Numbered from the stretch's first letter, positions 12,716 to 25,030 are shown. The stretch: 64,000 nt of DNA from Paraspadella gotoi (GCA_051294375.1 CM119267.1:4111260-4175259), one strand, 5' to 3'. Notes: generated by a model not told the origin, from the letters alone. A program made the numbers and translations.

Positions 12716-15700
12716 ATGCGATCCTTGTCGGTGGTGGATCGATTGGAGTTCGACACGTGCATCGGCAACGTGATGCCCGACGCCGTCTGTGTCGCCGACG
12801 TTGACAACGATGGCGTCGACGAAGTCTGCGTCGGAAACACGGAAGGCGCAGTTTTCGTCTTTAAGTCTTCGTCGTCGCGACCCTGGTGTCAGTGGTCTTG
12901 CGCCGCCAGCGACGAAGGTAAAAAACTACTATTGTCCAACACTATAAAGTGTAATATATAAATGTATTCGGTGGCTGATCATATGATGGAAAACCCTCTT
13001 GATGATAATAGGCTCCTCGGAGATGGTCAGCTGCCTAACTGTTGGCGACGTCTGCAACAAAAACAAAAACTTTCTGGTTGTGCTTTCAACGGCGGGTTGG
13101 ATCCACGTGTTCGATCTTAACGGCGATGCGGTCCCCAAATCTCGATCGAGCAGCGTCAATCGTCAGGCCCTCGTCAGATCCTCCAGCAACACCATGAGTC
13201 CTGCAGGAGGAAAGGATCCTTTCTCGACACCGAAAGGTTCGTGGGCAATTTGAAATTTCGAAAAGAAATTCGAAAGAAAAAAGACGGACCATCGCAGATT
13301 TGTCCGACTCGGGCTCCATCGCGGCTTCGTCTACGGCGCCGGACGTCAAGCCCTTTTTTTCCCAAAGATTCTCTTTTAACTTCAACGCGAAAATAGTTTC
13401 TGTGGCTCAGGTTAGCAGCTTCAAAACATGATAAAGGCTCTTTTGAGAATGTCAAAAGTTAAACGATTTAAATGTTTCTTGAAAAGATGTTTAACAGTAC
13501 ATTCGTTTGAAAATTTGCCATCCCAACTCAGGAAGTAGTTTATTTTTTTATTTTTTTTTATAGAATAGAAATTAAGACTTGGTAGATTCTGGAATTGAGA
13601 TTTTTGGAGCTTTATAACAGTAACGAATAAAATTGAAACAATTGGTATTCATCCAACTCGTATATTTTCTTCCTAAAAAAAAACTACAAGATTTATCCGA
13701 TTGATGGATCGATAATCTTCGCCGCTTTTAAATTTTGAACTAGCTAAATCATTTAGGTATCATACGACGCAGTGGGTTTTCTTTCATTTATCACTCGCAC
13801 GCGAGTTTTCTGTCGAAGCTGGTCAGAGCAACCCCCATCGCCTGCACCGCGCACAGAGGGTAGCGGAAGTCCAGGGTAAAATGGTCCGTGTCCACGCGTC
13901 CGAATTGGAGGATGACGTAGTCGGGATCTCGCTCGTGCACGACTTGGAAATTCTTGATGGACGCTTGAGTTACTCGACCGTGAAAGTTGAGCACGAAACT
14001 TTGAGTGTCCTCGTTCCACTGCGGGCTCTTGTTCCACATTTGAATGAGGTTCGTCGTTGCTGTGACCGGGAGTGATCAACGAATTATGATTACTAATGAT
14101 TCATAAGTGTCTCGTATTTAGATTAACAAAATGATTTATAGTTTTAGGTATAAGTTATAATTGTCTAATTTTTTTGTGAACAACGTACGTCGATATTACT
14201 TTTCACCTTCGGTCTTGAGCCTATTAACGATGCTGTCACCCTCGGCCTTGGGCTTGAGCACGACTCTCTTTCCGTCACTCGTCATTCCTGGAACGACGAC
14301 TCCTATTCTCCGAGGTCCCTTTAACCCCAACACGTTGGGACGATAGGTAACCACGGCCAGTTCCGCGTCGATCCCGGACGGACCATTCTGGCAAATTAAA
14401 ACGGAGAGTGGGGAGATTGACAAACATTTGGTGAAAAAATTGTGAAAAAAAAAAACTAACAGCGGCCTCTTTCTCGTTCTTCTTTCGATAGACGGTGAAG
14501 TTGGTTCCCAGAATGTTTGCCTTGACGCCGGCAATCTCTCTCGTCGTCCCGTCGCCGGCTTCCACGGAGATTTCGTAGGTCGCCGTCGCGCTCTTCTTTT
14601 TCTTCGCCGTCATCGACATTCGAACTTCGCCACCTTCGAAGACTAGCTCGAAGAAGGATCCCTTTCGGTGGAGGCGACACCGGACGGCCGATTTGAGCTA
14701 AAGACAAATTGATTACGAGATTACGAGATAGTTATCATAAACTCTGCGCCGCGCGAACCTGTGAGGGCGCCGATCGCAGCATGAACGCCTCGACGTCCTT
14801 TCGGAAAAGCTGGAGGTATTCCCGCCACTCGTGACATCCTTCGTCGTTGGGATCTTCGCATTCGCTCTCTTCTTCCCGTCCATCTCGTCGGTTCCGCGTT
14901 CCTATCTTTTCTCCGTCATCGTCGTCGTCGCAATCGCTGACGCAGTTGATTTCCCTTTCGAGATCCACCTCCCAATCTTCCTCCGTGTATTTCGTGAGCG
15001 GAGTGAATTCTCTCTCCGTCTCCTTTTCTCCCCTTTTTTCCCTCTCCACTTCGATCCTTCGTTTCACATCGGTCTCGAGTCGCGATTCCCGTTTTCTCTG
15101 ACGTCGCTCGATATCGCCGACGAAGATGGGCGTGTCTCCCGCTGGTTCGTCGCTGTTAAAAGGGAAGGTTCCGAGTATTTAGCTTACTCCTTGTTCTTCG
15201 CTGTTGAATGCTTTCGTTAAAGATATTTCGATTTTTAATGAATAACATTTTTTTAATTTTAAGCCGCGGTGCGCAACCTTTTACGAACAAAGACGTTTTC
15301 CTCGTTAACTAATATGACGTCCTCGACTTCTTCGTCGGATGAAGATTTCGAGTCGGAACTCGAGTTTTCCATCTTTTCGATCGAGAGCCTCTCGGGCTCC
15401 TCGATCTTTTCCTCATCGCGGGTTAGGGTCATCGTCGTCGAAGACGATGCTGTTTTCGCCGACTGAGGGCGAACTGATGTTTGGCCGCCAAAGTAATCGC
15501 TCTGCCGCAAGGAAAGTGCCGAGGTTGGCCGTCCAAAATCGAGCTTATGCAGAGGGGCGAAGAATGTAAATGTAGTTGTATTCCACCTTTGATGAATCTA
15601 AATCGTCGGACCTGCGAAACCTGCACTTGTCGCTTAGCCTTTTGCCTTTCCTCAAAGAGTTTCCATTGTGCTTGGAGTCTGGAAGGCTCTTCCACCACTT

Positions 15701-18700
15701 CGTTATCCATTTCGTCGTCAGAAAAAAAAAAAACAAATGAGGAAAACTTGGGCGCTTTCTACTAAGTGTCTTAAACGAAAAAAACTGTTTTAACTACGTT
15801 TTTTTTTTCTCCTTTTCGAAAATTATTTTTACGAATAGTATCTATGCCGTAGTAAAGTAAAGAATCGTTTTAGATACGGAGTTTTTCGTCCTGTTGATCG
15901 TCATTCCTTTAGAATTTACCAAATTTCTTTTCGCTTCTATAGGTGACAACGCCGCAGTACGAGGACGACGTTGATTTCAAGTTAGTCATCGCCTACACTG
16001 ACCGGGTGGTGCGACTGTTCGCCTGGCGTGACGGGCCGGCCTGCGTGGGCGCCGTTGCCTCGCCCCTGAGCGGCGGCGTCTACTCTCCCTTCGAGGAGTT
16101 AAACTTCAACATGCTGGCAGGAAACGGTGGTGGGGCCGAAGATTCTTCAAACACGACTCAAGGTTTCCCTCCAAGCTTTAAACTTACTCATCTTTCGTCG
16201 CTTCACTGTAAAAAATTACAATAGATTCGGTGACGGCGGACAAAGAGCCAACGACGAGCCGTTGCAGCTCATTCAGCGGAATCTCCGCCGAACAAGGCGC
16301 TCAAGGCAATTTCGATCTCGTATTCATTTGGACTTTGCCTGGACAAATCTACTCTGTCTCCTGCCTTTGCCCGCTGCCCGAATGCGGCTGCGAAGGTCGA
16401 GGCTGCTGCGGCGCTGAATCGTGCTGCGACGGCGGCGCCGGCCAAGAAAAACGCTGTTGGTGTGACAGGATTTTCGTATCTCAGCCCGGGGGAAAGTTCG
16501 CGTCGCTGAGGGCTAAGGAAGAATCTTCGATCACGGTTAGCGTCAGGAAGGACGAGGGGAAGTCGACCGCCAAGAAGTCGACCGAGGAAAAGAAATCAGA
16601 ATCGGAAAATCTCAGGCTCGACGCTCAATCGACGGAACCCAAACCCGAGGACCATTTTCCCCTTCAGGGTCTCGTCAAGTTGCACGCCATGAACGTGAGT
16701 CGCCGTTAAGAAGAGAAACATGAGGTCATGCGATGGGTTAAACTCGATACGGTAGCTCGTTTGCTTTCGCCAAGTCTTTTATTGATTTGCGATGCTCATT
16801 GCTCAAGATAATTAGTTTGTTTAAAAACCACTTGAAACTTTTGTTTTTTTGTTGAATTTTGATTTGTTGACTCTCCATTTGATCATTGAAGCATATCTTT
16901 TAAATTTATTTTTAGTCGAAAGCGGACCGGTTCAAGTCGGACGGGGTCGTCACTCACATTTTCTCCTTTCGCCACTTTTTCCCTGGAGATACGAGTCCTG
17001 TAGTGGTCACTGTATTAACCACCATCGACGGGGGCGTCTCCGTCTATGTCTTACAGTCACACAATCATGATAAGCAAGGTAATCTTTCGTGTTTATGGGT
17101 TCGCCTATTTATTTTTCTTGCTTTTTATTTTATCTTTTTTTTTCTTCTTTAATCAGGTTCGACCGAAACGGAACGTTTGTTGTGGTCGAAACACTTGGAC
17201 AACCAGTTTTACTTTCTTCGGAGCTTGAACTCTTTCGCGCCTCGATCGCCACCGCTTTTCGCCGCCTCGAGTTGGGACGGACAAACGATCGTCTTCAACC
17301 TGGAGAGAGAAATGGTCAAAATTCGCGTCGAGGATTCCATCTCGGCCTTCGTCGTTGGAAGGCGAGTGCTAAGTCAATCTTTAACGCAGTTAAATTATGT
17401 TTAATGTAAACACAAAATGTAAACAAATTATGTAAAATTTACATAGTTCTGTTGCTCCTAGTTTAATAACACCGGCCCCAAACTTAAACATATCGGAATT
17501 TATTCTTTGAAATAAAAAATGAAATTATCTTTGGTTTTTATGGGACCGGTTCATTTATATGAGTAATTTATTTATAATTATAGTTATTTTATTATTTGCC
17601 AGAGGAGGATTAAGCCTGCCGTCCAATTCTCCTCTTCCTCTTCTTCTTCTTTCCTCCTCCTCCTCAGTATATTTTGTCTAGTGATACATTCTCTCGTTTC
17701 TACTCTTGGCGAAAAATACCATTATTTTCCCCTCTATTTCTTCACGCCTTCAATACCCCTCAAGTGGCGCCTTCTTCGCGGCTCGATACCCTACTCCCCA
17801 TGGATTAAGTTTCCTGTGCAAACTCTCATAAAAAAAAAAAACCGTGGAAATTCTATATATAAAAAGACTATCTTTCTTCACTAACAACGAAAAACAAACT
17901 TAAAAAAAAATAATAAAAAATAATAATGCAAATCCACAAATTCTATCATGTTGTTCTTCCCCACCAACAAAGTAGCATCTGCTCTGCAAACGCGACATCT
18001 CCCGAGAGAAAAACGAAGAGGAAACCTCCTCTTCCCCGCCTTCTCTTCCCCCTCCCGTACGCTACCTCAGTACGCCGACACGAGACAGAATCACTTCTTC
18101 TGTTCGCGCTTTTGCGCTCACAGTCTCCCGGTTTTTTTACGAAAATATTTTTTGATTATTTTTGTTGAATAATTTGCATATTTTTCGTTTCTTTTTTTGG
18201 AGTTCAGAATACAGATATTCTTCAACACGTGGCTTTTTGAAGTTTTTCTCTTCACGGCCGCCATCTTTTTCGTCTTCGTTGTGCGTGGCTTCGGAGGGAA
18301 GAGCCTTGACTCGGCCCTTTCGCTTGCCCTCGACGCACCCTGCGCGGCTGCGGAGGGAAGAGCTGCGACTCGGCCCTCTCGTTTGCCCACGGCGCTTAGT
18401 ACGGCTGCAGGGGGAAGAACCTTGTTTTCGGCCCCTTGTTTGTCCAGTGCTCTCCGTTTTTTGGACTGAGGCGCGTGTTTTCAACTCGACTACCCTCATG
18501 TCTCTTCCGCCGCCGCCTTCGCCGCCGCCTCCACCGCCGCCTCCACCATCAGCCATTCCGGGCTTTTCTGGTCAGGCCGAAGTCATGCCCCTTCAGATGG
18601 AGGCAGTTCTTCTCCAAATTAGCAACGCTCTTTCTAGCGTTCGTCGCGAATTTAAGGAGTTTCGCCGCTCGTCTCGTTCCGAGTTGGAGAGTCTTCGGCG

Positions 18701-21700
18701 GTGAGTTTCTTCTTTCTTTTCGTTTTTGTTTTTCGCCTTTTTTTGGCGTACATTCGGCGTACAGAGGGGTTTTCCTCCTGTGCCCCACCTAACTCGACTT
18801 TGTTTGTTTGTTTTTTGTCGGGCCTTCACCTGGTCTTGTTACAGGCTCACTTTGTTGGTGGGGAAGAACAACATGATAGAATTTATGGTTCCAAATGGAA
18901 CCGGGATTCTTCATGTTCTTCCCCACCAACAACACACCACACGTCCACCCCTGGCACCACCGGTGGTGGAGGGCGGCTCAGGCTCGCTTGTCTTGTTTGG
19001 TGGGGTGTTTTTTTTGGGTTCTTTTTTTGAGACTGTCATTTTTCAATGATTTCTCTTTTTTTCCATGTACGTTTCTTCATGGTTCTTGGACGCCTCTGTT
19101 CGCCATTTCGCCGTTCTTCGTCGATCTTCGTTTGTTCGCCCAGCGATTTGGAGTCTTCGCTTTCTTTGGCGGCCTCTTCGGCGGCGGATCGGCCTTCACG
19201 CTCCGAGCGGGTGACTGCGTCACGCCTTCCTCGAGCCCCATCTGCGCAAGTCGACGACGACGCCTCCGTTTCCGGATCAGAGGAGGGTTCCTCCTCTGAA
19301 GAGTCTGCTGCGGGGTTTGACAACTTCCTGTCTCGTCGTGCTTCTGTACAGCCTTCGGAGTGGGTCCTACAGCAGTGGAGGGATTTGCGCAGAGTTGGCC
19401 AGGACGACGTTCTTTTACCGTCGTGGGACGTGCTTTCCGCCAATACGCGTTTCCGGCGCTGGTCGGATGTTTCTTCGCCGGCGGATTTTCGTCCTCCTGC
19501 TCAAGAGAGTTGCCTTGCCGCTCAGTTCGACGCCGTTCGGAAGGACTCCAAGACGAGCGCGCGTTTTCAAGGCTTTTGACGGCATCATGAGGGACGCCGG
19601 AGCGTCCGCTCATGCTGTCCTTTCTGTCGCTGACGCTCTCCGCCTCATGGTTGAGGCCCTTCGCTCGGAGGGGCCCGGTGCAGTGGACGCAGGCCACCTT
19701 GACGATCTTGCCAAGCCCCTTGGAGACGCCTCGTCGGGTTTGGCGGCGATTTTTGGTTCGGCCCTCTCCGAGTCTCGGCGCTTAGTTGACGCTGCCCCTT
19801 CGGATCTCAAGACAGTTCTGTCCAGTTCTCCGCCCTCCACGTCGTTCTTTTTTCGGAGACCGCTCCACAGACGTCACTCAAGCGTTCCATTCTTCGCTTC
19901 TCCGCTCCGGGGCGCCACACAATTGCGCCTGTTCTGCTAGCCGCAAGCGTGGGCGTGGCAGTCCGCGTAGTCCCGCTCGCCGTCCTCCGTCACGCCTCGC
20001 AAGTCTTCGCCGCCTCCCAAGCGTAGGGGTGGGGCTCCAGGGACGTCTAAGGACGCCGATTGATCGCCCGACAGCTCTTTCGGCCGTTGCCTCGTCCGGC
20101 CGTCAGTTTCTCCAGGCCCGGCTTTCGTCCATGGACTGGTTTTTTGCGGTTTCTCATCCCCCCTTCTACGACGTCCGGTCAAGTGGGCGTGGCGCTTCAC
20201 CGGAAGTCTTCGCGGGATTCCCCCCTCTTGGTTTGCTTGGTTACGAGTGATTCTGTCTCGTGTCGGCGTACTGAGGTAGCGTACGGGAGGGGGAAGAGAA
20301 GGCGGGGAAGAGGAGGTTTCCTCTTCGTTTTTCTCTCGGGAGATGTCGCGTTTGCAGAGCAGATGCTCACTTTGTTGGTGGGGAAGAACCATGAAGAATC
20401 CCGGTTCCATTTGGAACCATAAATTCTGGACAAGAATATAATGGATCTACTTGCTTTGGGTTTTTAAAGGCAGAGGGGACATATGTGTATTCTGCACCAA
20501 ACTGTCTCCTCCTCAACTCAAACCTATTTCACCCAAGCCAATGCTTCAACCCAGACCACAAAAGCTAAGGCGAGTTTCAATAAATCAATTCCCTACTCAA
20601 CCTCCTCTTCCCAAACTACCCAAACCGCCATCATTTCTGATTCAGTTTCAACACAAACCAATGTTGCCAAGACTGATTCTCAAGTGCAGACCCACTTACC
20701 AACTGCCAAAGACTATGCTAAAGATGTAAAAACTCAAGCTGAAAAAATCCAAGGAGAAACTTCATTTGCAAGAATCAACTTAAACAAGAATCAACACAAA
20801 AATCAAGCCTGCTCTTATCAGTCTCCGGTCAATAAATGGGGAAACAAAATCAAGAAATGAAAGAACTGGACCCTGGAAAGAATACATGATCCCTCAAACC
20901 TGCGCTGAAAAGATCTATATCCCCCCTCATCGACGTGTTCTTCAAGACCAAAGAAGGCAACCAGCTTTTGGAAAACCCAAAAATACTTACTCTAAACTGA
21001 TGGAAATAGACTTACGACCATGGTTGCGCCAGAAGTTTGCTGCATTTTTGGCTCAGACTTTACCATTGCCCTTTTTTAAAGAATCAATATCAGTCATGGT
21101 ACAGTTGCATAACTTGTCAATGACTGTGACATAAATTAAAAATAAACTTTTAATCATTTAAATAGCTTTTGATAGAAATCCAACAGTTTTAGTTTGTTAC
21201 TTCTCTCACTTTTTTAATTCTGTGTCTTTGTTTTTTTTTAGTCCAGAGGGAAGCATGACGATGTCATGCCACGCCATTGGGGGCCTGGACATGACATCTT
21301 GGGGTCAAGAAGGGGGACGCAGAGGAGGATTTAGCCTTCCGTCCAATTTTCCTCATCCTCTTCTTCTTCTTTCCTCCTCCTGCCCCTCAGTATATTTTGT
21401 CTAGCAATACATTCTCTCGTTTCTACTCTTCGCGAAATATACCATTATTTTTCCCTCTATTTCTTCACGCCTTCAATACCCCTCAAGTTTGCGATATATA
21501 TTAAGTTCCCTTATAAATTTTCCCTCTCCGTCTCACTACGTAGGTTGGGATTCGAATCTCCCCTTTTCCCGCTGCCACCTCCCGACCCCAACAAACTCTC
21601 TTTCCTCTTCGTCACCACCAACGGAAAAATCGTCGTCCTCGGGATCGACTTTTGTTTTTCGCGTTTATCCCCTACGACGCTGATAGAGGCGCTGGAGTCG

Positions 21701-21811
21701 ACGCCGGAAGGTGACGACGCTTGTCGCCTCATCGACGAGCTCGGACTGGACGCCGTCAATTTGCAAGAGAGAAAGTTCAGAGACTTCGTTCATTACGTCC
21801 TGTATTCCTGA
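12716..21811 (+). CDS. ITFG2: KICSTOR subunit ITFG2 (FG-GAP repeat protein), multi-exon, with two large introns
   Basis: [12 protein letters not shown]...[60 protein letters not shown] and final exon [14 protein letters not shown]. Large introns at 13411-15942 and 17362-21543. Confidence 0.8.
13791..15710 (-). CDS. Tubby-family protein, nested antisense in an ITFG2 intron
   Basis: [51 protein letters not shown]...LQFGRV...[12 protein letters not shown]...SFDRKLACE form the tubby domain C-terminus. Confidence 0.9.
17765..17810 (+). promoter_or_regulatory. Primer-binding site, tRNA-Lys(CTT)-like
   Basis: TGGCGCC-N9-GCTCGA...GATTAAG directly follows the 5' LTR. It has the same spacing as the complement of the tRNA-Lys 3' end (TGGCGCCCAACGTGGGGCTCGAACC...GATTAAG), but the central 9 nt mismatch. 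Confidence 0.6.
17938..20427 (+). mobile_element. Non-autonomous DIRS-type (tyrosine recombinase) retrotransposon
   Basis: Near-perfect ITRs at 17953-18095 and 20246-20389. The internal complementary region at 18845-18932 is the reverse complement of the joined right and left termini. AAATTCT is present at both ends. A degenerate gag-like ORF is present; no RT/RH/YR seen. Confidence 0.85.
18498..20250 (+). pseudogene. DIRS gag-like ORF, predicted spliced (intron 18701-19143), with two apparent frameshifts
   Basis: Exon 1 MSLPPP...ELESLRR joins in phase to DLESSL... A helical region follows ([15 protein letters not shown]...[25 protein letters not shown](F)GD), resembling the P...LFG end of DIRS gag. 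Frameshifts fall in T runs near 19570 and 19850. Confidence 0.55.
20483..20860 (+). CDS. Ser/Thr/Gln-rich ORF with repeated TQT motifs inside the LTR element
   Basis: SSSTQT, NASTQT, SQTTQT, SVSTQT, DSQVQT and DVKTQA within 125 aa. Confidence 0.4.
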   Translation: MCILHQTVSSSTQTYFTQANASTQTTKAKASFNKSIPYSTSSSQTTQTAIISDSVSTQTNVAKTDSQVQTHLPTAKDYAKDVKTQAEKIQGETSFARINLNKNQHKNQACSYQSPVNKWGNKIKK

Positions 21812-21951
21812 TGAAAAAAAAAAAGAAGTTAATGAGCGCATCGTGAAATTTAACCAGTCTCCCCCCTCCCACCTCCCAAAACCCAAATTATTGCCCACCG
21901 GTTATTCCGTTTTTCTCGCGGTTGTTATTGTTTTGCTGCTGCTTTAAAAGG

Positions 21952-24518
21952 ATGTCGGACGACGTGAATTTTTGGCAGCTTCCGTCGCCGGCCAAGACTG
22001 CGATCGTTTCCTTTCTCGACCTCGATGACCGACTCAACCTCGCCGCCGCGTCTCAGTGAGTTGCGATCCACTTCCACCATCGGATTCCCCCAACACCTCC
22101 CACCCTCACCCCTATCCCACACTCCCCCCCCCTCACCCCTCCGGCTCCCAATCTACGTTTCTTCTCAATTTTTCTTCGACAGGGAATTTCACGACGCGGT
22201 TTTCTGCGGGGCCTTCGGCTGCCAGCTCCGCATCTTGACGACCAACTTGGGGAAGTCGGACGGAGAGGTGGAACCGCAGACGAGGCTCGCTTTCGACTCC
22301 TCCGTCCGAAGGGGGTAGGTTAAATTGACGATTTCATTTATATCCCAACGGCTGAGAACGCTCCTTTTGGAAATTTTACGCCCGATTGATTAATTTTTGC
22401 GAATAACTAGACTATCTACTGTTGTACTATCTACTGTAGTATTATGGAAAGAAAGAAAGAAAAGGATTAAGAAAGAAGAAAGCTATATATCTATCTCTAT
22501 ATATATTATCTGCTTGTTTTAAAAATAGAGGAAATTTTTTTCTCAAAAGTTAACCAGGGAAAAAAAACCTGTTTTCAGTGATCCCCTCGAGATCGATTCC
22601 CCGATCTGCTTCTGGTCTTCAATACTCGAGGCTGGCGTTCCGAATTCTAGAATTCGGGAAGAACTCCCGGGAATCGTGTCCCACTTGTTTCTCGCTGTAG
22701 ACGACAAAAAGAAAGAGATCCAAACTTCGTCGCTCCCTTTCAGATGGATTCTCGCGCTGAGAGACAGGTTTTTTTAAGTTTACCAAATAATTATTTTGGC
22801 TTTTTATCGCTTTTGTCTCTCATTTCTCGGTTAATATTAGTTTTTTTTTTCCTTTCCAGTCGTCTCGAAGCGATTGCCTTGAGGCCTTGTAATTTGGCGA
22901 AATCTACGTTTTTCCAAAGCCAAAAAGACTTTTTTCAAAGGTGGTTTTTTTTTTCAAGATAATTTTATTGCCTTTTATTTTTTACCTAATATGATGAGTT
23001 GGCGAGGCCTGAGTTATGAATTGAATGAAACGGAGAAAACATATTTATAATGAAATAAATGCCAAGTACTAACTAGTACCAATACGAGTACTATATATTT
23101 CATTATTGTGAAAAAAAAATATTGGAAAAGTTTTTTTATATTTATACATTTTCAAATTCGCTTTCCCCCCCAGTTTATGCGATTTAATCATCTCCCAGTC
23201 GAGAAATCTCAAGGAGTTACATTTTCACACGTGGCCTTTGGACCCTTCGAGTGGAATTCCTCCCGTTCACCAATTAGTGCAATCCCTGCCGATTTTACTT
23301 CAACAGTTACGTCGCTTTTCTTACTTTTGGGGCGGAAACGACGTCCGCGATTGGCAGCCAACGTCTTTTCAACTTCCTGAAAAAGGTTTCGTTAAGAACG
23401 GACGGTGGGCGTCGTTAACGATGACTTGCATTTTTTATTTTTATTTTAGAAATCAACGTTTCGTTTCTTTCTTCTTTGGAAAATTTGCAAGAATTAAACC
23501 TCGACTCGCAGATTCTTTGTCAAGAATTGCTCGTCTCGTTTTCAAAGACTCCTACTTCTAGTCTTAGAGTGAGCAAACTACTATAAGGAAGGACCCTTTA
23601 ATCCGCATCAAATTCAAGGTTTACTTTTTCCTTTGACTCCCTTTCAGCGACTTCGCGTTTGTTTCGCCCACGATTCTCCGACAATTATTGGGGAAGATGT
23701 TTGGCGTCGATTCGCCGAGACCAATCGAAATTGCGGCGTCGAGTTTACTTTGATGAAACATCATTTTCGCGCGGGCAACGCCGCCTGGAAAAAGGCCTTT
23801 GTCGCCGGAGTTCCCCTGACTCGGCTCGTTTTTATGAAACACTCCGAGTGCGAGGTCACCATGAAAAAAGTCATGTGGTTTTTGTTTTTTTAAAAAGATA
23901 TTTTATTTTCTTTACTCCGGATTTCTCAGGACAGAGAGTTAAATTTGGTGGTGGAGAATTACGGATCAACCCTCGAGTCTCTCTCCGTCAAATCATTCAA
24001 TTCTACCGTCTCGCCCGAGACTCTCGTCGCTTTCCCCGAAAAGTGTCGTCGTCTACGTAGTTTGGTCTTCATGGGCGTCGTGGTGGCCGAGACCGTAGTC
24101 AAGGTCGCTCGATGCCGCGGACGCAGGTGAAATCTAATCTATAAAAAGAATCTAGTCGGTTATAATTGTCGCGTCGCGGATCTCATATCCTCATGTCTTT
24201 TTTTTTTTCGCAGTTGGCGTTTTCTCGGATTCGTGGACCAGCAGATCAACTTGGCCGACCCCAAGGCCGAAGATCAGGACGAATTCTTTTTCGAGAGAAG
24301 GAAAATGATTATGGAAGCGGAAAGTCGCCAGGTAATACGATGTCTCGGTCTCGAGGAAATTCTTCGATTCGGGTATTGACTTTCCGACTTTTCAGGAATC
24401 GCTGCTCCAAGATTTGACTCGTTGCGTTTCTTCGATCGTCGAGCGAGACTGGACTTTAATTCCTTTGACTCGAGCCGCGTGGAATGTGGAAAGGCTCAAC
24501 GCGGAATCAGATTCCTGA
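21952..24518 (+). CDS. F-box/LRR-like protein, multi-exon (largely missed by the ORF track)
   Basis: Exon 1 MSDDVNFWQLPSPAKTAIVSFLDLDDRLNLAAAS is an F-box. Later exons are LRR-like (SRNLKELHF, LENLQELNL, STLESLSV, CRRLRSLVF). Confidence 0.7.
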
Positions 24519-24574
24519 GTGGAAGAATCCTGTTTCCTTTGGCAAAAGCTTGTCTTTTCTTGTTGGGTCGATTT

Positions 24575-24713
24575 TAGAGGAGGATTCTCCCCTTGCTCTT
24601 CTTTTCTCCTCTTCCTCCTGCCCCTCTGTATGATTTGTCTAGTGATACTCGTTTCTCCACTTCGCGAAATATATGATTTTCCCTCTTTCCTCTCGCCTTC
24701 AATATCCCTCAAG
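24575..24713 (+). mobile_element. Solo LTR of the same family as 17600-17764
   Basis: TAGAGGAGGAT...TTTGTCTAGTGATAC...CGCCTTCAATATCCCTCAAG, flanked by a GATTT duplication at 24570-74 and 24714-18. Confidence 0.85.
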
Positions 24714-25030
24714 GATTTCATTTTCCAGATCCAGTTTCATAAACCACCGCTGCTAAATTTGACTCCAGGTGCTTTCCGTTCCTGCTTTACATTTTATACC
24801 GTCACCAAAAAAAGATATATTTTTAAATTTAATCTTTTTAATTGTTGGTTAACGCTTTTTGTCTTTTTCTTTTCACTTTTGTGATAATATTTTCCGAGTC
24901 ATTTTATGCGATTTCTACAGAAAAAAAAAGTAAAAATAAACTATGAATCAACTTACAAGGAATGTTTAGCATAAAAAATCGTTTTAATAACGAGCAGAAT
25001 TTAAAACGGTAAACAAAACTGAGTCGTAAA

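Larger units (their letters stand above)
17600..21487 (+). mobile_element. Non-autonomous LTR retroelement (TRIM/LARD-like) interrupted by a DIRS insertion
   Basis: Direct repeats at 17600-17764 and 21320-21487. 5-bp TSD TTTGC at 17595-99 and 21488-92. TGGCGCC PBS at 17765 and purine tract AAGAAGGGGGACG at 21307-19. No pol. Confidence 0.85.
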
